Shown here piece after piece: positions 20,372 to 30,958 of a stretch of 64,000 nucleotides of DNA. A program made the position numbers and the translations under genes. The notes below the pieces were generated by a model. That model saw only the letters and a program-made list of their open reading frames with translations, was not told where the DNA came from and searched no databases. Numbering within the stretch: the stretch's first letter is position 1; every line of letters begins with the position of its first letter. Location: the NCBI GenBank assembly GCA_963790475.1, contig CAWBOS010000012.1, forward strand, positions 1,248,001-1,312,000, in the 5' to 3' direction. The stretch comes from an uncultured delta proteobacterium (GTDB taxonomy: Bacteria; Desulfobacterota; RBG-13-43-22).

Positions 20372-21034
20372 ATGGACTTCTTCAATTTTCTATCAGATTC
20401 GACGATGGTCTCCTTCTCCGTGAGATCGTTTGTCTCCCTGTTTGTGATCGTGAACCCGATTGGAAATGTCCCCATCTTTGTTACACTCCTTGAGAAATTC
20501 GATGAGAACGAAAGAAGATCCATTGTAAAAAAAGCGGTCCTCGTGGCCTGTGCGGCCCTGGTCATTGTCACCCTTACCGGAAATATTTTTTTCAGACTCC
20601 TGGGGATAGAACTCTATTCCTTTAGGATTGCCGGAGGTGTCCTTCTTACAATTGTCTCCATCGAAATGCTTTACGGGAGAAAGTCCGGGACACAATCATC
20701 GGCGGATGAAGAGGAGCATTATGCTCAGAAAGAGGAGATCATTATTCTACCCCTGGCCATTCCCTTATTGACGGGTCCCGGCGCCCTGACCACGGGGATC
20801 GTCCTTTTCGATACGGCAGGTAATCTGTTTAACCGTGTGATCCTCCTCCTCCTCATCGGCATCGTCTTTTTTATCTCTTACCTGATATTGAGCAGGTCGG
20901 GGGTTGTCTTCAAGTATCTGGGGAAAACGGGGACAACGGTTTCCATCAGGATCATGGGTCTTATGCTGCTTTCCGTAGCCGTTCAGTTTATAATCGGGGG
21001 CATTAAAGAAGCGTTTCCTCGCTTTGCCGGATAG
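20372..21034 (+). CDS. MarC family membrane protein
   Basis: SLFVIVNPIGNVPIF, FRIAGG, PLAIPLLTGPGAL, RIMGL. Confidence 0.92.
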   Translation: MDFFNFLSDSTMVSFSVRSFVSLFVIVNPIGNVPIFVTLLEKFDENERRSIVKKAVLVACAALVIVTLTGNIFFRLLGIELYSFRIAGGVLLTIVSIEMLYGRKSGTQSSADEEEHYAQKEEIIILPLAIPLLTGPGALTTGIVLFDTAGNLFNRVILLLLIGIVFFISYLILSRSGVVFKYLGKTGTTVSIRIMGLMLLSVAVQFIIGGIKEAFPRFAG

Positions 21035-21114
21035 AGGTTGTCCGGAATCCTTCTATTTCCCTTTTTCCCATCCTGATTCCCAATTCTCAGAAGGGTAGCT
21101 TAGGCCACCTTTCA

Positions 21115-22719
21115 TCACAGCCACCGATCCCCTCCGTCCACACTGTCTACCCGGAAATGGCAGCCCCGACTCTGGCGGTTGTGACGGGCGGCCTGGGCGA
21201 TGATCAGGGCCACCTCGACGGCATTTCGCAAACCGATCAGGCCGTCGCTCAGCTTGGTCTTTCGGTAGAAAGTCTCGATCTCGTTCTGCACGTGACGCAG
21301 TTCGCGGATGGCACGAGAGAGCCGGTCCCCGGAACGTACAAGGCCCACATAGTGCCACATGATGTTTTGGATGGTCTGCATATCCCCTTGAATGAGGGCC
21401 GGATCAGGTTCTTGGGTCAGCCCGGATTCGTCCCAGGGGGGTATGTCCTCAGGGGTGGGTACCGCAGATTTCGGGTGGGCAATCAAACGGGAAGCGATAT
21501 CACGGGCCGCCCGTGTTCCCCAGACCAGTCCCTCTAAAAGAGAAGTGGATGCCAGCCGGTTGGCCCCGTGCAATCCGGTGCAGGAAACTTCGCCAACGGC
21601 ATATAGATAGTCGATGCCAGTGCGGCCCCACTCGTCCACCGCTACCCCGCCGCAAAAATAGTGGGCCGCCGGGACTACAGGGATCGGTTCCAGGGCGATG
21701 TCCAAGCCGACCCGTTGGCATTCGTAATAAATATTAGGAAATCGGGCCTTGATTATCTCGGCCGGCATGTGCGAGGCAATGTCCAGGAGGACGTAGGAAT
21801 AACCGTGGGTTTCCATTTCGGTATGGATAGCCCGGGCCACTACGTCCCGCGGGGCCAGATCTTTCCAGTCAGGAGCATATTTCTCCATGAACGGCCTCCC
21901 GTCAGGGCCGAGCAGGACCCCTCCTTCACCGCGAACAGCTTCACTGATCAGAAAACCCTCCGCCCCTGGAACGGCCAGCGCAGTCGGATGAAATTGGATA
22001 TATTCGCTGTTAAGGATACGCGCTCCGGCACGATTGGCCATGGCCAAACCATCGCCCCTGGCCCCGGAGGGATTGGTAGTGTTACGAAAAATGCGACCGA
22101 TGCCGCCGGTGGCCAGAATGGTGAAAGCGGCCAGGGTACGGTGCACGGCTTTTCCCTTACGGTCGAAGACATAAGCACCGTGACAGGTGACCGGTTCGTA
22201 GGCCGCCAGCGGGTCCCGGGAGTGATGTGGATAGGTGATCAGATCCACCGCGGTGGCCTCGGTAATCAATTCTATATTGCGTTGTTGCTCGACGGTCTGC
22301 ATCAGTGCGGAAATGATCGCCTGACCGGTCCCATCGCCGACGTGTAAAATCCGTCGACGGGAATGGGCCCCCTCTTGTCCCCAATCCGGTTCCCCATTAC
22401 CTTGCTGATCAAAAGGAACTTTGGCTTTCTCAACCAGGATTTCTTTTAACAGGGTCGGGCCTTCTTCGGCCAGGATGTGGGCAGCTCGCGGCAGGGAGGC
22501 CCCTGCCCCGGCAGCCAGGATGTCTTCAATCAGCAACTTCGGTGAGTCTCCCGGTCCGCGGCCGATTATCCCCCCTTGGGCGTAACGCGAATTGGATTCG
22601 CAAGGATCAGGTGCACGGTTAATCAGAATGATATGTCGCTCCGGATCCCGGGCCAGGTTCAGGGCGGCCGTTGCTCCGGCTATGCCGGAGCCGATGATCA
22701 GTACATCTGTTGTTTTCAT
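21115..22719 (-). CDS. nadB: L-aspartate oxidase
   Basis: GSGIAG, SRYAQGG, EGAHSRRRILH, IQFHPT, LISEAVRGEG, GLHGANRLASTSLLE; adjacent to nadC. Confidence 0.93.
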   Translation of the reverse strand: MKTTDVLIIGSGIAGATAALNLARDPERHIILINRAPDPCESNSRYAQGGIIGRGPGDSPKLLIEDILAAGAGASLPRAAHILAEEGPTLLKEILVEKAKVPFDQQGNGEPDWGQEGAHSRRRILHVGDGTGQAIISALMQTVEQQRNIELITEATAVDLITYPHHSRDPLAAYEPVTCHGAYVFDRKGKAVHRTLAAFTILATGGIGRIFRNTTNPSGARGDGLAMANRAGARILNSEYIQFHPTALAVPGAEGFLISEAVRGEGGVLLGPDGRPFMEKYAPDWKDLAPRDVVARAIHTEMETHGYSYVLLDIASHMPAEIIKARFPNIYYECQRVGLDIALEPIPVVPAAHYFCGGVAVDEWGRTGIDYLYAVGEVSCTGLHGANRLASTSLLEGLVWGTRAARDIASRLIAHPKSAVPTPEDIPPWDESGLTQEPDPALIQGDMQTIQNIMWHYVGLVRSGDRLSRAIRELRHVQNEIETFYRKTKLSDGLIGLRNAVEVALIIAQAARHNRQSRGCHFRVDSVDGGDRWL

Positions 22720-22762
22720 AAATATCCTTAACCGATATTTCGGAAAGTGTCGGTCATAACTT

Positions 22763-23608
22763 CTAGGTAAAATAGTCAAAAGAGGTGTCGAACACCTTGG
22801 CCGAATGGGTCAGTTCTCCTGAGGAGATAAAATCCACCCCGGTCTCGGCAATCCGGCGGACGGTTGAAAGCGTTACATTGCCGCTGGCTTCCAGTTTGGC
22901 CCGGCCGTCCGTCAGGCGGGCGGCATCGGCCATCATTTCGAGAGTCATGTTATCGAGAAGGATACGCGCAACCCCGATGGCCAGGGCCTCGCGGACATCA
23001 TTCAAAGTGCGCGTCTCTACCTCGACCTCCAGGCCGGTGTGGGCCGACCGGGCCCGCTTCACCGCCTCGGTGATGGACCCGGCATAATCTATATGGTTAT
23101 CTTTGATGAGGATCATATCGTACAAACCGATGCGATGGTTTTCTCCCCCACCCCGTTTGACAGCCAGCTTGTCGGCCGCGCGCAAACCGGGTGCAGTCTT
23201 TCGTGTGTCAAGAATGACCGCCTTCGTTCCTGCCACCGCCTCCACGAATTGACGTGTCAGCGTGGCGATTCCCGACATTCGCCCCAGGAAGTTGAGGGCG
23301 GTTCGTTCGGCGGTCAGCAGACTGCGGGTCCGGCCGGAGACCAGCGCCAGCACCTGCCGGTCGGTCACCCGGGCGCCTTCGTCCAATTGCGGAAGGAAGT
23401 CCACCTCAGGGTCTATCCTCTGGTAAACCCCCTGGGCTACGTCCAATCCGGCTATGATACCGTCTTGCTTGGCGATAATCCGGCCTCGCATCATGGCCTC
23501 GGCGGGAACAATACTGTCGGTGGTGACGTCGCCGGATCCAATGTCTTCGCTCAAGGCACGACGGATTGCCTCAAGAATATCGGGGTGTAGAGATTTTTGA
23601 AGTGTCAT
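22763..23608 (-). CDS. nadC: Nicotinate-nucleotide diphosphorylase (carboxylating)
   Basis: EDIGSGDVTT, ERTALN, DTRKTAPG, NHRIGLYD, IKDNH, LLDN, EASG. Confidence 0.96.
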   Translation of the reverse strand: MTLQKSLHPDILEAIRRALSEDIGSGDVTTDSIVPAEAMMRGRIIAKQDGIIAGLDVAQGVYQRIDPEVDFLPQLDEGARVTDRQVLALVSGRTRSLLTAERTALNFLGRMSGIATLTRQFVEAVAGTKAVILDTRKTAPGLRAADKLAVKRGGGENHRIGLYDMILIKDNHIDYAGSITEAVKRARSAHTGLEVEVETRTLNDVREALAIGVARILLDNMTLEMMADAARLTDGRAKLEASGNVTLSTVRRIAETGVDFISSGELTHSAKVFDTSFDYFT

Positions 23609-23906
23609 TTTTTAAGATGCGGCAGGAAGATTTTTAATAGGTTGAAGGCGCTTTTCCCTTTCATTGGTTCCGGGTTCGGAGTCGTCATGGCATTTACTGA
23701 AAAACCCTACTCTCGATCCCAACACGAATAGAAAAATAGCATCGATACCCCTAAAAGTAAAGGCCATACTTCAAACAGGATCTATTTTTCCAGCCAGGCT
23801 AAGATAATTCTCAGATAACGGCGTCCGGTTCTTCGGCTGTCGAGGTTTTACAAGCCCGGCGATGTTGGGCACTTTGATGACAGGAATAGAATCCCTCCTT
23901 TATCAT

Positions 23907-24426
23907 CTATCTTTCAAAGAAAAACCGATAATTTCGAAAACATTGGCCTTCGGTGTGCATCATACATCCGGTCACCTTGGGCTCCACTTCATATTTAATC
24001 CCCCGCGTATCGAACCAGGTTTCGATCCGCAGCATAATTCCGCATTCATAGCGGTCTGCTACGCCCAATCCTTTCATTCCCTCATACGCAAAGCAGGATT
24101 GCCACGCTGCATGGATCAGGTTCTCTTCCTGAAAGGAAAAGCTATATTTCATGAATTTTCCGGAAACCATTTCCATCACTGTTTTAAAAAAGCCTACTAA
24201 TTCATCAAAGGTATTGATGGGTCCTCCACCCAGGGCCTTAATTAAGATAACGTTTGATCTCGATGGCTGCCATGGATTTTACAGCCGCCTTATTGATCTT
24301 GTTGGTCTGCTCTATGCCGCATTCCTCCAGGCAGTGGTAAAACCACATAGCATCGTGGGTCATCCAGCCCTTATTCAACAGTTCTTTCAGTTCATTTTTT
24401 TCAAGCGAAATTGTTTCAGATGTCAT
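23907..24426 (-). pseudogene. Hypothetical protein (V4R/DUF6125-like) split by a 4-bp duplication
   Basis: ORFs 24238-24426 (WMTHDAMWF) and 23907-24179 join into one frame (KRYLKALGGGPINTFDEL...) if one TTAA of TTAATTAA at 24238-24245 is removed. Confidence 0.75.
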
Positions 24427-24546
24427 TTTGAATACCTCCTTTAATAAGAAAGGGACCGTTCGTCGTGAAGCGTTCGGTGTCCGATGAGATCAAATTTAAT
24501 CTTTAAAGGGTCACCCTTTGGCCATCAGTCTTCAGCTTCAACCTGA

Positions 24547-25036
24547 TCACTCCCAAAGGCCGTTGGTCATTTCTCCCACTTGGACGGGCTCAAAGGCATC
24601 AAAGGAAATATCCCTCACCTTGGAAAATCTTTCCCAAAGAAGGGAATAGCCTTTTGTACCTTTGGCCAAGGCGATCTTTTCTTCCCAGGCGGCCATTTCA
24701 TCTGCTGTTGCCTCCCTCAACTCGCCAGCCATACCCACCAGCCTTACGGCAGGCGGGCTTATGAATTTCCCCTCAATTAGGGACTGCCCCCAATAAACCT
24801 TATCGGCGTTCACCGCCAGGATACAGACCCGAGGGTTTCGCTTCAGATTGCGGGGCATCCTTATAGGATTCTCTTCAAAATAAAAACCTGTTCGGTCCTG
24901 ACGGAGGATAAGCGCTCCGATAGGGGTCACATGCGGTGAACCCTCTTCATTAACGGTGGCCACCGCGAAATGAAAACAGCTTTGGTAGGCTTCTTCGAAA
25001 ACACCTAATCGTTTCCCAGTGATTACCAATTTCCAA
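24547..25036 (-). pseudogene. Pyridoxamine 5'-phosphate oxidase-like FMN-binding protein, probable frameshift near 25003
   Basis: AVATVNEEGSPHVTPIG motif. RBS GGAGG precedes TTG at 25036, giving MEIGNHWETIR, which is out of frame with VFEEAYQSCF. Confidence 0.65.
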
Positions 25037-25106
25037 TGGACACCTCCTGGCTGAGTATTATTAAAACGAATATATATATTATATCATTTGTCAGGAGGCA
25101 AACCAA

Positions 25107-25283
25107 ATGATCTATAAAACCATAGGAAAAAAGATTCAAAAAGCGAGGGAGGACGCCGGTCTCCTCTTGACTGGGATATACCCAGGCCCCAGTTTAATGG
25201 CCAGTGAAAACCCAAAAGAATTGAGAGACGAGATACAAATGGAATTGCAATCATTGATAGACAGGCTGGTTCCTTTGCCATAA
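25107..25283 (+). pseudogene. Truncated XRE-family HTH regulator
   Basis: RBS AGGAGG; MIYKTIGKKIQKAREDAGL is a typical XRE first helix, then the similarity ends before the HTH. Confidence 0.55.
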
Positions 25284-25399
25284 CTTTAATGATTCCCTTT
25301 GTCTTACCGCCCTTCGGGTCCACCGGCAAACCCCTTGGGGGAGATCCAATTCTGATTAGGGCCTTGAAGATATCCATCCCCTTTCAGGGTGAATTCGGA

Positions 25400-26314
25400 C
25401 TATCCCTGGCTACCGCGCCTGGCCACCAGGATCCCGAATAATACCAGCATTCCCCCCAAGGCCTGCCAGATACCGACGGCTTCGCTGAGCAGGAGCCAGG
25501 CCAGAAGGGCGGCGGCTACCGGTTGAACCAATAGAGCTACTGAGGAAAAGGAGGCCGGAAGATGAGCCAGGGCATAGGCGATAAGGCTCTGTCCCCCTAC
25601 ATGAGAGATCAAGGCCAGGCCGATCAGGATCATCCAGCCCTGAAGGTTTCCAACTTGGATACTTTCCCCGGAGATCAGAGTGATCGGCAGTAGAACCACC
25701 GTAGAAATCAGGCCACTCCAGGCCATGATGGTGGAGGTGGAACAACGGTCCCGAAGATATTTTACCGACAAAAGATATCCAGCGTAAAAAAAGGCGGCCG
25801 TAAAACTCAAGGCGTCTCCCCAAAAGTGATGAAGACTGACCTGAAAACTTTTTCCGGCGATCATGGCCATGCCTGATAAGGCCAGGACCATCCCCAGAAT
25901 AAAAATCATTCGCACCCTCTGACCAAAGATCAGCCAACCGCCCAGAGTGACGAAAACCGGGGCAAAATTGACCAGCAAAGTGGCATTGGCTACGGAAGTC
26001 AATTTGAGGGACCAATGCCAGATGGACAGATCTCCGGCAAAGAATATACCAGCCAGACTCAGGAGGAGATAATCAGATCGGGAAGCGGGAGGACGATGTT
26101 TGACCCTGCTCTCTCTTTCCCAAGACATCCATAACCATAAAGGAGGCAGGGCCAGAATAAGTCGCCAAAAGGCCGTGGCACTCGGGCCCACAGGACTGAG
26201 GCGGACAAAGATAGGGGCAAACCCGATAGCCACAGCACCGGCTACCAGGGCGAATAAGGGCAATCGGTTTGCTTTGGGAAGGTGGGATTGAGGCCGAAAA
26301 TGATTTTGGTTCAT
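25400..26314 (-). CDS. EamA/DMT family transporter
   Basis: About 10 TM segments; APIFVRLS, TSVANAT, QPVAAALLAWLLLSE. Confidence 0.9.
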   Translation of the reverse strand: MNQNHFRPQSHLPKANRLPLFALVAGAVAIGFAPIFVRLSPVGPSATAFWRLILALPPLWLWMSWERESRVKHRPPASRSDYLLLSLAGIFFAGDLSIWHWSLKLTSVANATLLVNFAPVFVTLGGWLIFGQRVRMIFILGMVLALSGMAMIAGKSFQVSLHHFWGDALSFTAAFFYAGYLLSVKYLRDRCSTSTIMAWSGLISTVVLLPITLISGESIQVGNLQGWMILIGLALISHVGGQSLIAYALAHLPASFSSVALLVQPVAAALLAWLLLSEAVGIWQALGGMLVLFGILVARRGSQG

Positions 26315-26332
26315 AAGAGAATTTTTACGGGC

Positions 26333-27598
26333 TTATTTTTCGGCATCGGAAATGCCTTGCAGGGAAATGATCCTTTCCAGCAGTGGGGGATGGGAATAAT
26401 GGAACCGGACATAAAGGGGATGAGGGAAAAGGTTGCTTAAATTATCGGCCGCCAGTCGCTTCAGTCCGGTGATCATGGCTGATGAAGACCCGAGCAGCCT
26501 TGCGGCAAAGGTATCGGCCTGACGTTCAAATCGCCGGGATAAGGCCATGAACAAAGGCGTTAAAAAGAAACCGGCCTTCTGCCAAAAGATCCCGATCAAC
26601 AACAGACCGGCATAAGTCCTTGGCCGTTCAAATCCGAAGGTCCGGTAAAGGAAAGGCCAGTCGATCAGGAGATAGGTCAGATAGAAAAATATCAGCATGG
26701 CCGACTCGATCAGCAGGAATTGCTTCAAAATGTGTTTCTTTTTAAAATGTCCGGCCTCATGGGCCAAAACGGCCAAAACCTCTTCCTGGGGATGGCTCTG
26801 GATCAGGGTATCATAGAGAACGATCCGCTTGGTCCGGCCTAAACCGGTAAAATAGGCATTGGTGTGACGGCTGCGTTTCCCGGCATCCATCTGGAAAATC
26901 CCTTTGATTTGTATTCCCGCTCCCTCCATCAGATTCTTAATCTTTTGTCCCAATTCCTCATCCTGAATAGGTACAAATTTATTGAACAAAGGGGCGATCA
27001 GGATCGGATAGAGGATCGTCAGCAGTAACTGAACGGCGGAAAGGACTATGAATCCCCAAAGCCACCAGCGCTGGGGGGAAAAAAGGATCATACCCAGAAG
27101 CAGAGACAGGACCAGGGAAAACAAGACCAGAGACAAGACGCCGGATTTCAAATGATCGACGGCCCAGACCCTTTTCGTGGACTGATTGAAACCATATTTC
27201 TCTTCGAGCATAAAGGTGTGATAGTAATCAAAGGGAAGATCGAGCACATAAGAAATGAATCCCGGGACCAGAAAGAAAAACAGGCCGGCCCAGACAAAGG
27301 GAAGTCGCCAGCCGGAGGCCAAACGGTCCAGAAAAGGGAAGAAGCCGGAGAGGAGAAAGATCAGGAGAATTATCTCATTGAACAGGTCTTGCCCTACCGA
27401 GAACCGGCTGTTCTCCAAAGTATAAGCCCGGCTTTGATCCAATTTTTGCTGATCGATAAACCCTTCAAAAACCCGGGGCACACTCCGGCCTTCTTCTTTC
27501 AGATAATTCCGGTTTCGGTATTCCAGCCAAAGGGAAAAAACCGTCTGCAAGATATACATGGTCAGAAAGCCGAGCAGTAAACCATTCCAGAGAATCAT
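26333..27598 (-). CDS. M48 family (Ste24/CAAX-like) zinc metalloprotease
   Basis: IAPLFNKF, RSRHTNAYFTG, HEAGH, SRRFERQAD, YSHPPLLERI. Confidence 0.93.
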   Translation of the reverse strand: MILWNGLLLGFLTMYILQTVFSLWLEYRNRNYLKEEGRSVPRVFEGFIDQQKLDQSRAYTLENSRFSVGQDLFNEIILLIFLLSGFFPFLDRLASGWRLPFVWAGLFFFLVPGFISYVLDLPFDYYHTFMLEEKYGFNQSTKRVWAVDHLKSGVLSLVLFSLVLSLLLGMILFSPQRWWLWGFIVLSAVQLLLTILYPILIAPLFNKFVPIQDEELGQKIKNLMEGAGIQIKGIFQMDAGKRSRHTNAYFTGLGRTKRIVLYDTLIQSHPQEEVLAVLAHEAGHFKKKHILKQFLLIESAMLIFFYLTYLLIDWPFLYRTFGFERPRTYAGLLLIGIFWQKAGFFLTPLFMALSRRFERQADTFAARLLGSSSAMITGLKRLAADNLSNLFPHPLYVRFHYSHPPLLERIISLQGISDAEK

Positions 27599-28629
27599 GA
27601 TCCCTCCATCCTCAGTACCTTGGCTCCCCGGATTTTCCTTTCCTTAAGTTCCATGAGGGCTTGATTGGCCTCTTCCAGCAAAAATCCCTGGACCTCGGGG
27701 ATGATTGGGATTTCAGCGGCCAGGGTCAGAAATTCTTCTACATCCCTCCGGGCCACATTGGCCACGCTTTTAATCTCTTTCTCCAGCCAGAGATCACGGG
27801 GATAATCGATTTGAGTTAAAAACTTTTTATCCTTTTCCTCTTTTCGAATGGCATTAATAACCAATCTTCCCCCTTTCCCCAAATTTTTTAGAGTCTCGAC
27901 CACCGGCTGCCAGGCCGGAGTGGTGTCTATAGCAGCGTTCAATTTTTCCGGAGATTCGGCCTCGATTCCCCCGGACCAGACAGCCCCCAGTTCCCGGGCA
28001 AAGCCCTTTTCCTGATCGCTGCGGGCGAAAACAAAAACCCGGACCTGCGGGTATTGGTGCCGAACCATTTTGAGCACCAGATGGGCCGAGGCCCCGAACC
28101 CGATCAGCCCCAGGTTCCAGCCGTCCCGGATTCCGGTCAGTCTTAAGGATCGATAACCGATCGCCCCGGCACATAACAGGGGAGCGGCCTGACTGTCGGT
28201 AAATCTCTCCGGAATTTTATAGGCAAACCGTTCGGAGACCCGGCAATATTCGGCGTATCCTCCCGGGACGTCCCGACCGGTGGCCTGGAATTGATCGCAC
28301 AAATTCTCATCTCCCTGGAGGCAAAATCCGCATTTTCCGCAGGCCGAATAAATCCAGGCTATACCTACCCGCTCCCCTAGTTTGAACCTTTCGGCCCGGG
28401 GCCCGGCTTTTTCCACCCGGCCGACGATCTGATGTCCTAAGATCACCGGAAAACTTGAAGGCGGAGTACGTCCCTCGATCTCATCCAATTCCGTGTGGCA
28501 AACCCCGCAGGCCGAGATCCGGACCAGGATCTGGTCGGCTTTCGGCTCCGGAACAGGGAGGTCCATCATGACCAGGGGGGTTCGGTTTTTTCCCAGATCG
28601 CACAGCTGATTTAAAACCATGGCCTTCAT
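27595..28629 (-). CDS. Zinc-dependent alcohol dehydrogenase family protein
   Basis: ACGVCHTELD, GHQIVG, CGKCGFC...ENLC, APLLCAG, GFGASAH. Confidence 0.92.
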   Translation of the reverse strand: MKAMVLNQLCDLGKNRTPLVMMDLPVPEPKADQILVRISACGVCHTELDEIEGRTPPSSFPVILGHQIVGRVEKAGPRAERFKLGERVGIAWIYSACGKCGFCLQGDENLCDQFQATGRDVPGGYAEYCRVSERFAYKIPERFTDSQAAPLLCAGAIGYRSLRLTGIRDGWNLGLIGFGASAHLVLKMVRHQYPQVRVFVFARSDQEKGFARELGAVWSGGIEAESPEKLNAAIDTTPAWQPVVETLKNLGKGGRLVINAIRKEEKDKKFLTQIDYPRDLWLEKEIKSVANVARRDVEEFLTLAAEIPIIPEVQGFLLEEANQALMELKERKIRGAKVLRMEGS

Positions 28630-28797
28630 GATTGGGGGTCTCCTGAAAGGGCTTACGGCAGTTCTTGGCTGCCATTTGTAGATTAACAAAAATATCGGAA
28701 AAGAAAAATGTTTTTTAAATTGCCGGTCCTTTTTCTCTTTGACAAAGTCCCCGGGAAGGTTTAATTTTTTTTCAGATGAAAGGACGATGATACCCCA

Positions 28798-28989
28798 ATG
28801 GATGACAGAATAACTCAATTAAAAGCAGAAATCGAAAAGCTGAAAGAGGACAAATCAGATAGGGAAAAGGCCCTTCCAGCTCATTCCATCTGGCCTAATC
28901 AATTACTGGTTATTGAAGAACTGGAAGAGGAAATCGACCGGAAGCAAAAAGAACTTATGGGCTTGACCCTGGCGACAGAAGAGAATTAG
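28798..28989 (+). CDS. Small coiled-coil hypothetical protein
   Basis: 63 aa; heptad-rich helices flanking ALPAHSI. Confidence 0.55.
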   Translation: MDDRITQLKAEIEKLKEDKSDREKALPAHSIWPNQLLVIEELEEEIDRKQKELMGLTLATEEN

Positions 28990-29005
28990 AAATTCCTTTT
29001 TCCGG

Positions 29006-29560
29006 TTAAAAAGAAGGTTCCTTCTTCACCCGCCCAAAAAGAGTTCGGTATTTGTGGCATTGGTCGAATTTAAGATAAGGGATGACCTCTTCGGTTGCCT
29101 CCTGGCTTAAAGGGAGAAATTTCCCTTTGGCCCTGAGGCACTCTTTGCCGTTAGAAATCAATTCTCCCTGGCAATAGGCGATACGCCCGCCATCTTTAAG
29201 CAGGTGACCGATAATCTCGATCTCCTCTCCCACAGTGACCGGGAGCAGATATTTTATGGTCAACTCTCCGGTGACAAAGAAAAGATGCTGCCGGCTGAAG
29301 ACCGTTGCCGCCCAGCCCATGGTTTCATCCAGTAACCCGGCCAGGACCCCGCCGTGGGCGATTAACTTGTAGCCGTTAAGGTGTTGGGGCAGGGTGAGGC
29401 GGGTCCGGACGGTGTCCCCCTCGACAAAAAATCGTGTGTGCGCCCCGCAAGGATTTTCATCACCGCACAGAAAACAGCCGCTGGAATGGGGCAGATATTC
29501 ATGGTCTGATCGGGTCATAGAGTTTCTTTCTTTTGTTTCAGAAATAACCTCTGCTTTCAA
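29006..29560 (-). CDS. PaaI family thioesterase
   Basis: CFLCGDENPCG, HGGVLAGLLDETMG. Confidence 0.9.
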   Translation of the reverse strand: MKAEVISETKERNSMTRSDHEYLPHSSGCFLCGDENPCGAHTRFFVEGDTVRTRLTLPQHLNGYKLIAHGGVLAGLLDETMGWAATVFSRQHLFFVTGELTIKYLLPVTVGEEIEIIGHLLKDGGRIAYCQGELISNGKECLRAKGKFLPLSQEATEEVIPYLKFDQCHKYRTLFGRVKKEPSF

Positions 29561-29572
29561 TTCGCGTCAGCC

Positions 29573-30190
29573 TCAACTTTTCGTCAATAACTGTACAAAC
29601 AGGGTCACCAACACGGCCAACACTTCAAAGTCAATTATTTGAGTCGCCTTATGATCGAACAACAGGGTCACCCGGGCAGGAAATTCATCATCCCGGTCAT
29701 AGAAAATAAGTTGTAGCGGAATGTGTGGGAGCAGATCAAAAATCAGGCTCACCGCCCCCGATCCTGCTTCTCCACCCTGGCGGCCCCCAACCGATGATGC
29801 CTTTGCCAACAATTCCGGAAGGCGCCCTTGAAATCGTTTGATGATAGGGCCTTCCAAGGCACCCTGGGAATAACTCCCTTGTTTGAACAGGGGGCCCGCA
29901 AGCTCGGCGAAGGTTACAAAATTTCCTTCCCCCCGGTTGCGACTGCCTTTCAAAATATAGTGGATCAGTACACCTCCGAAGGCATAGGGGAACCTTTGAC
30001 CATCCGATCGCCGCACACCTTCTCTGGACACCAGGTAGGTTTCGCCAAAAAAAGGGATCTCAGCTTCCCCGGCATCATTTAAGGGAAGATCAAGGTGGTC
30101 TGCTGAAGCGGCAATATCCGTATCGGCCAGACGATCGACAAGGTCTTCATAAATCTTTCTTTGACCGCTATCAGCGAAGTTGTCTTTCAA
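29573..30190 (-). CDS. DUF3786-like protein
   Basis: VLIHYIL, FVTFAEL, LLPHIPLQLIFYDRDDEFPA...LLFD. Confidence 0.75.
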   Translation of the reverse strand: MKDNFADSGQRKIYEDLVDRLADTDIAASADHLDLPLNDAGEAEIPFFGETYLVSREGVRRSDGQRFPYAFGGVLIHYILKGSRNRGEGNFVTFAELAGPLFKQGSYSQGALEGPIIKRFQGRLPELLAKASSVGGRQGGEAGSGAVSLIFDLLPHIPLQLIFYDRDDEFPARVTLLFDHKATQIIDFEVLAVLVTLFVQLLTKS

Positions 30191-30342
30191 GAGATAAACC
30201 TTTCATCCCGCACTTCTATAAAAATAGGCATACTTAGACCCCCGAGTGGAATGGTCAATTTCGCTCGTTCGATGCAGCGTTGACCCGTAGCTCGAAGTGT
30301 ACGGGGCCGAAGGCCCATGCAAGCGGGTGAGGGGTGCGCAGT

Positions 30343-30678
30343 TCAGCGCCCATCACGACCCGCAGATTGGATCTTCTTTCTTGCCTTTCTGTTACTCGCA
30401 AGATCGAGCAGGGCATCCGGATGATTTTCCGCAACCTGCAGTAATATTCGCGCCGGTCCTTCCGGCTTGCGCCGCCCTTGCTCCCAGTTACGAAGCGTTG
30501 CGGTGCTTATCCCCATGAGGATTGCGAATTTGTCCTGTGAAAGACCATATTGGTCGCGAATCTTTTTCACTTCGGATTCCGCGAAGGTGAAGGTTCGTGC
30601 CGGCTTCATTGTGCGCTTCATTATCTCGCCGCCCTGTTTTACGCTTTTAAGAAGTTCGTCAAAAAGTTTTTTTTTCAT
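30343..30678 (-). CDS. XRE/HigA (NadS-like) antitoxin, no cognate toxin present
   Basis: LFDELLKSVKQGG...GLSQDKFAILMGISTATLRNWEQGRRKPEGPARILL. Confidence 0.85.
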   Translation of the reverse strand: MKKKLFDELLKSVKQGGEIMKRTMKPARTFTFAESEVKKIRDQYGLSQDKFAILMGISTATLRNWEQGRRKPEGPARILLQVAENHPDALLDLASNRKARKKIQSAGRDGR

Positions 30679-30791
30679 CGTATGCATGGCAAGTTATTTA
30701 TTGGCAGAAATTGGCGTCGATATCTCTTATAGCATCGATGGACAATAGGCCAGACCTTATTGGGAACAAAATATCGATTGGTTCTCGGCAT
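30675..30791 (-). pseudogene. N-terminal fragment of a REP-associated/Y1 tyrosine transposase
   Basis: Manual translation MPRTNRYFVPNKVWPIVHRCYKR resembles the recalled MARANRHY-P--VWHITHRCHK start of RAYT-type transposases. Confidence 0.5.
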
Positions 30792-30958
30792 TGAAGTTTT
30801 TCTTAGAACCTTAGAACCTTCTTTTTAAGGGTAAAAAGGGTACTTTAAGACCCTTCTTACCTATCATCTTTTATATAATTCATTGAGAATCGAATTCCTT
30901 GGTCTAGTCCGACTCCCATTTAACATTTACCCATTTAATTAAAAGAGAACCGGCCCCT

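Noticed and set aside
30240-30350. attC downstream of the antitoxin
   Set aside because: GC-rich hairpins are present, but no convincing paired RYYYAAC/GTTRRRY ends.
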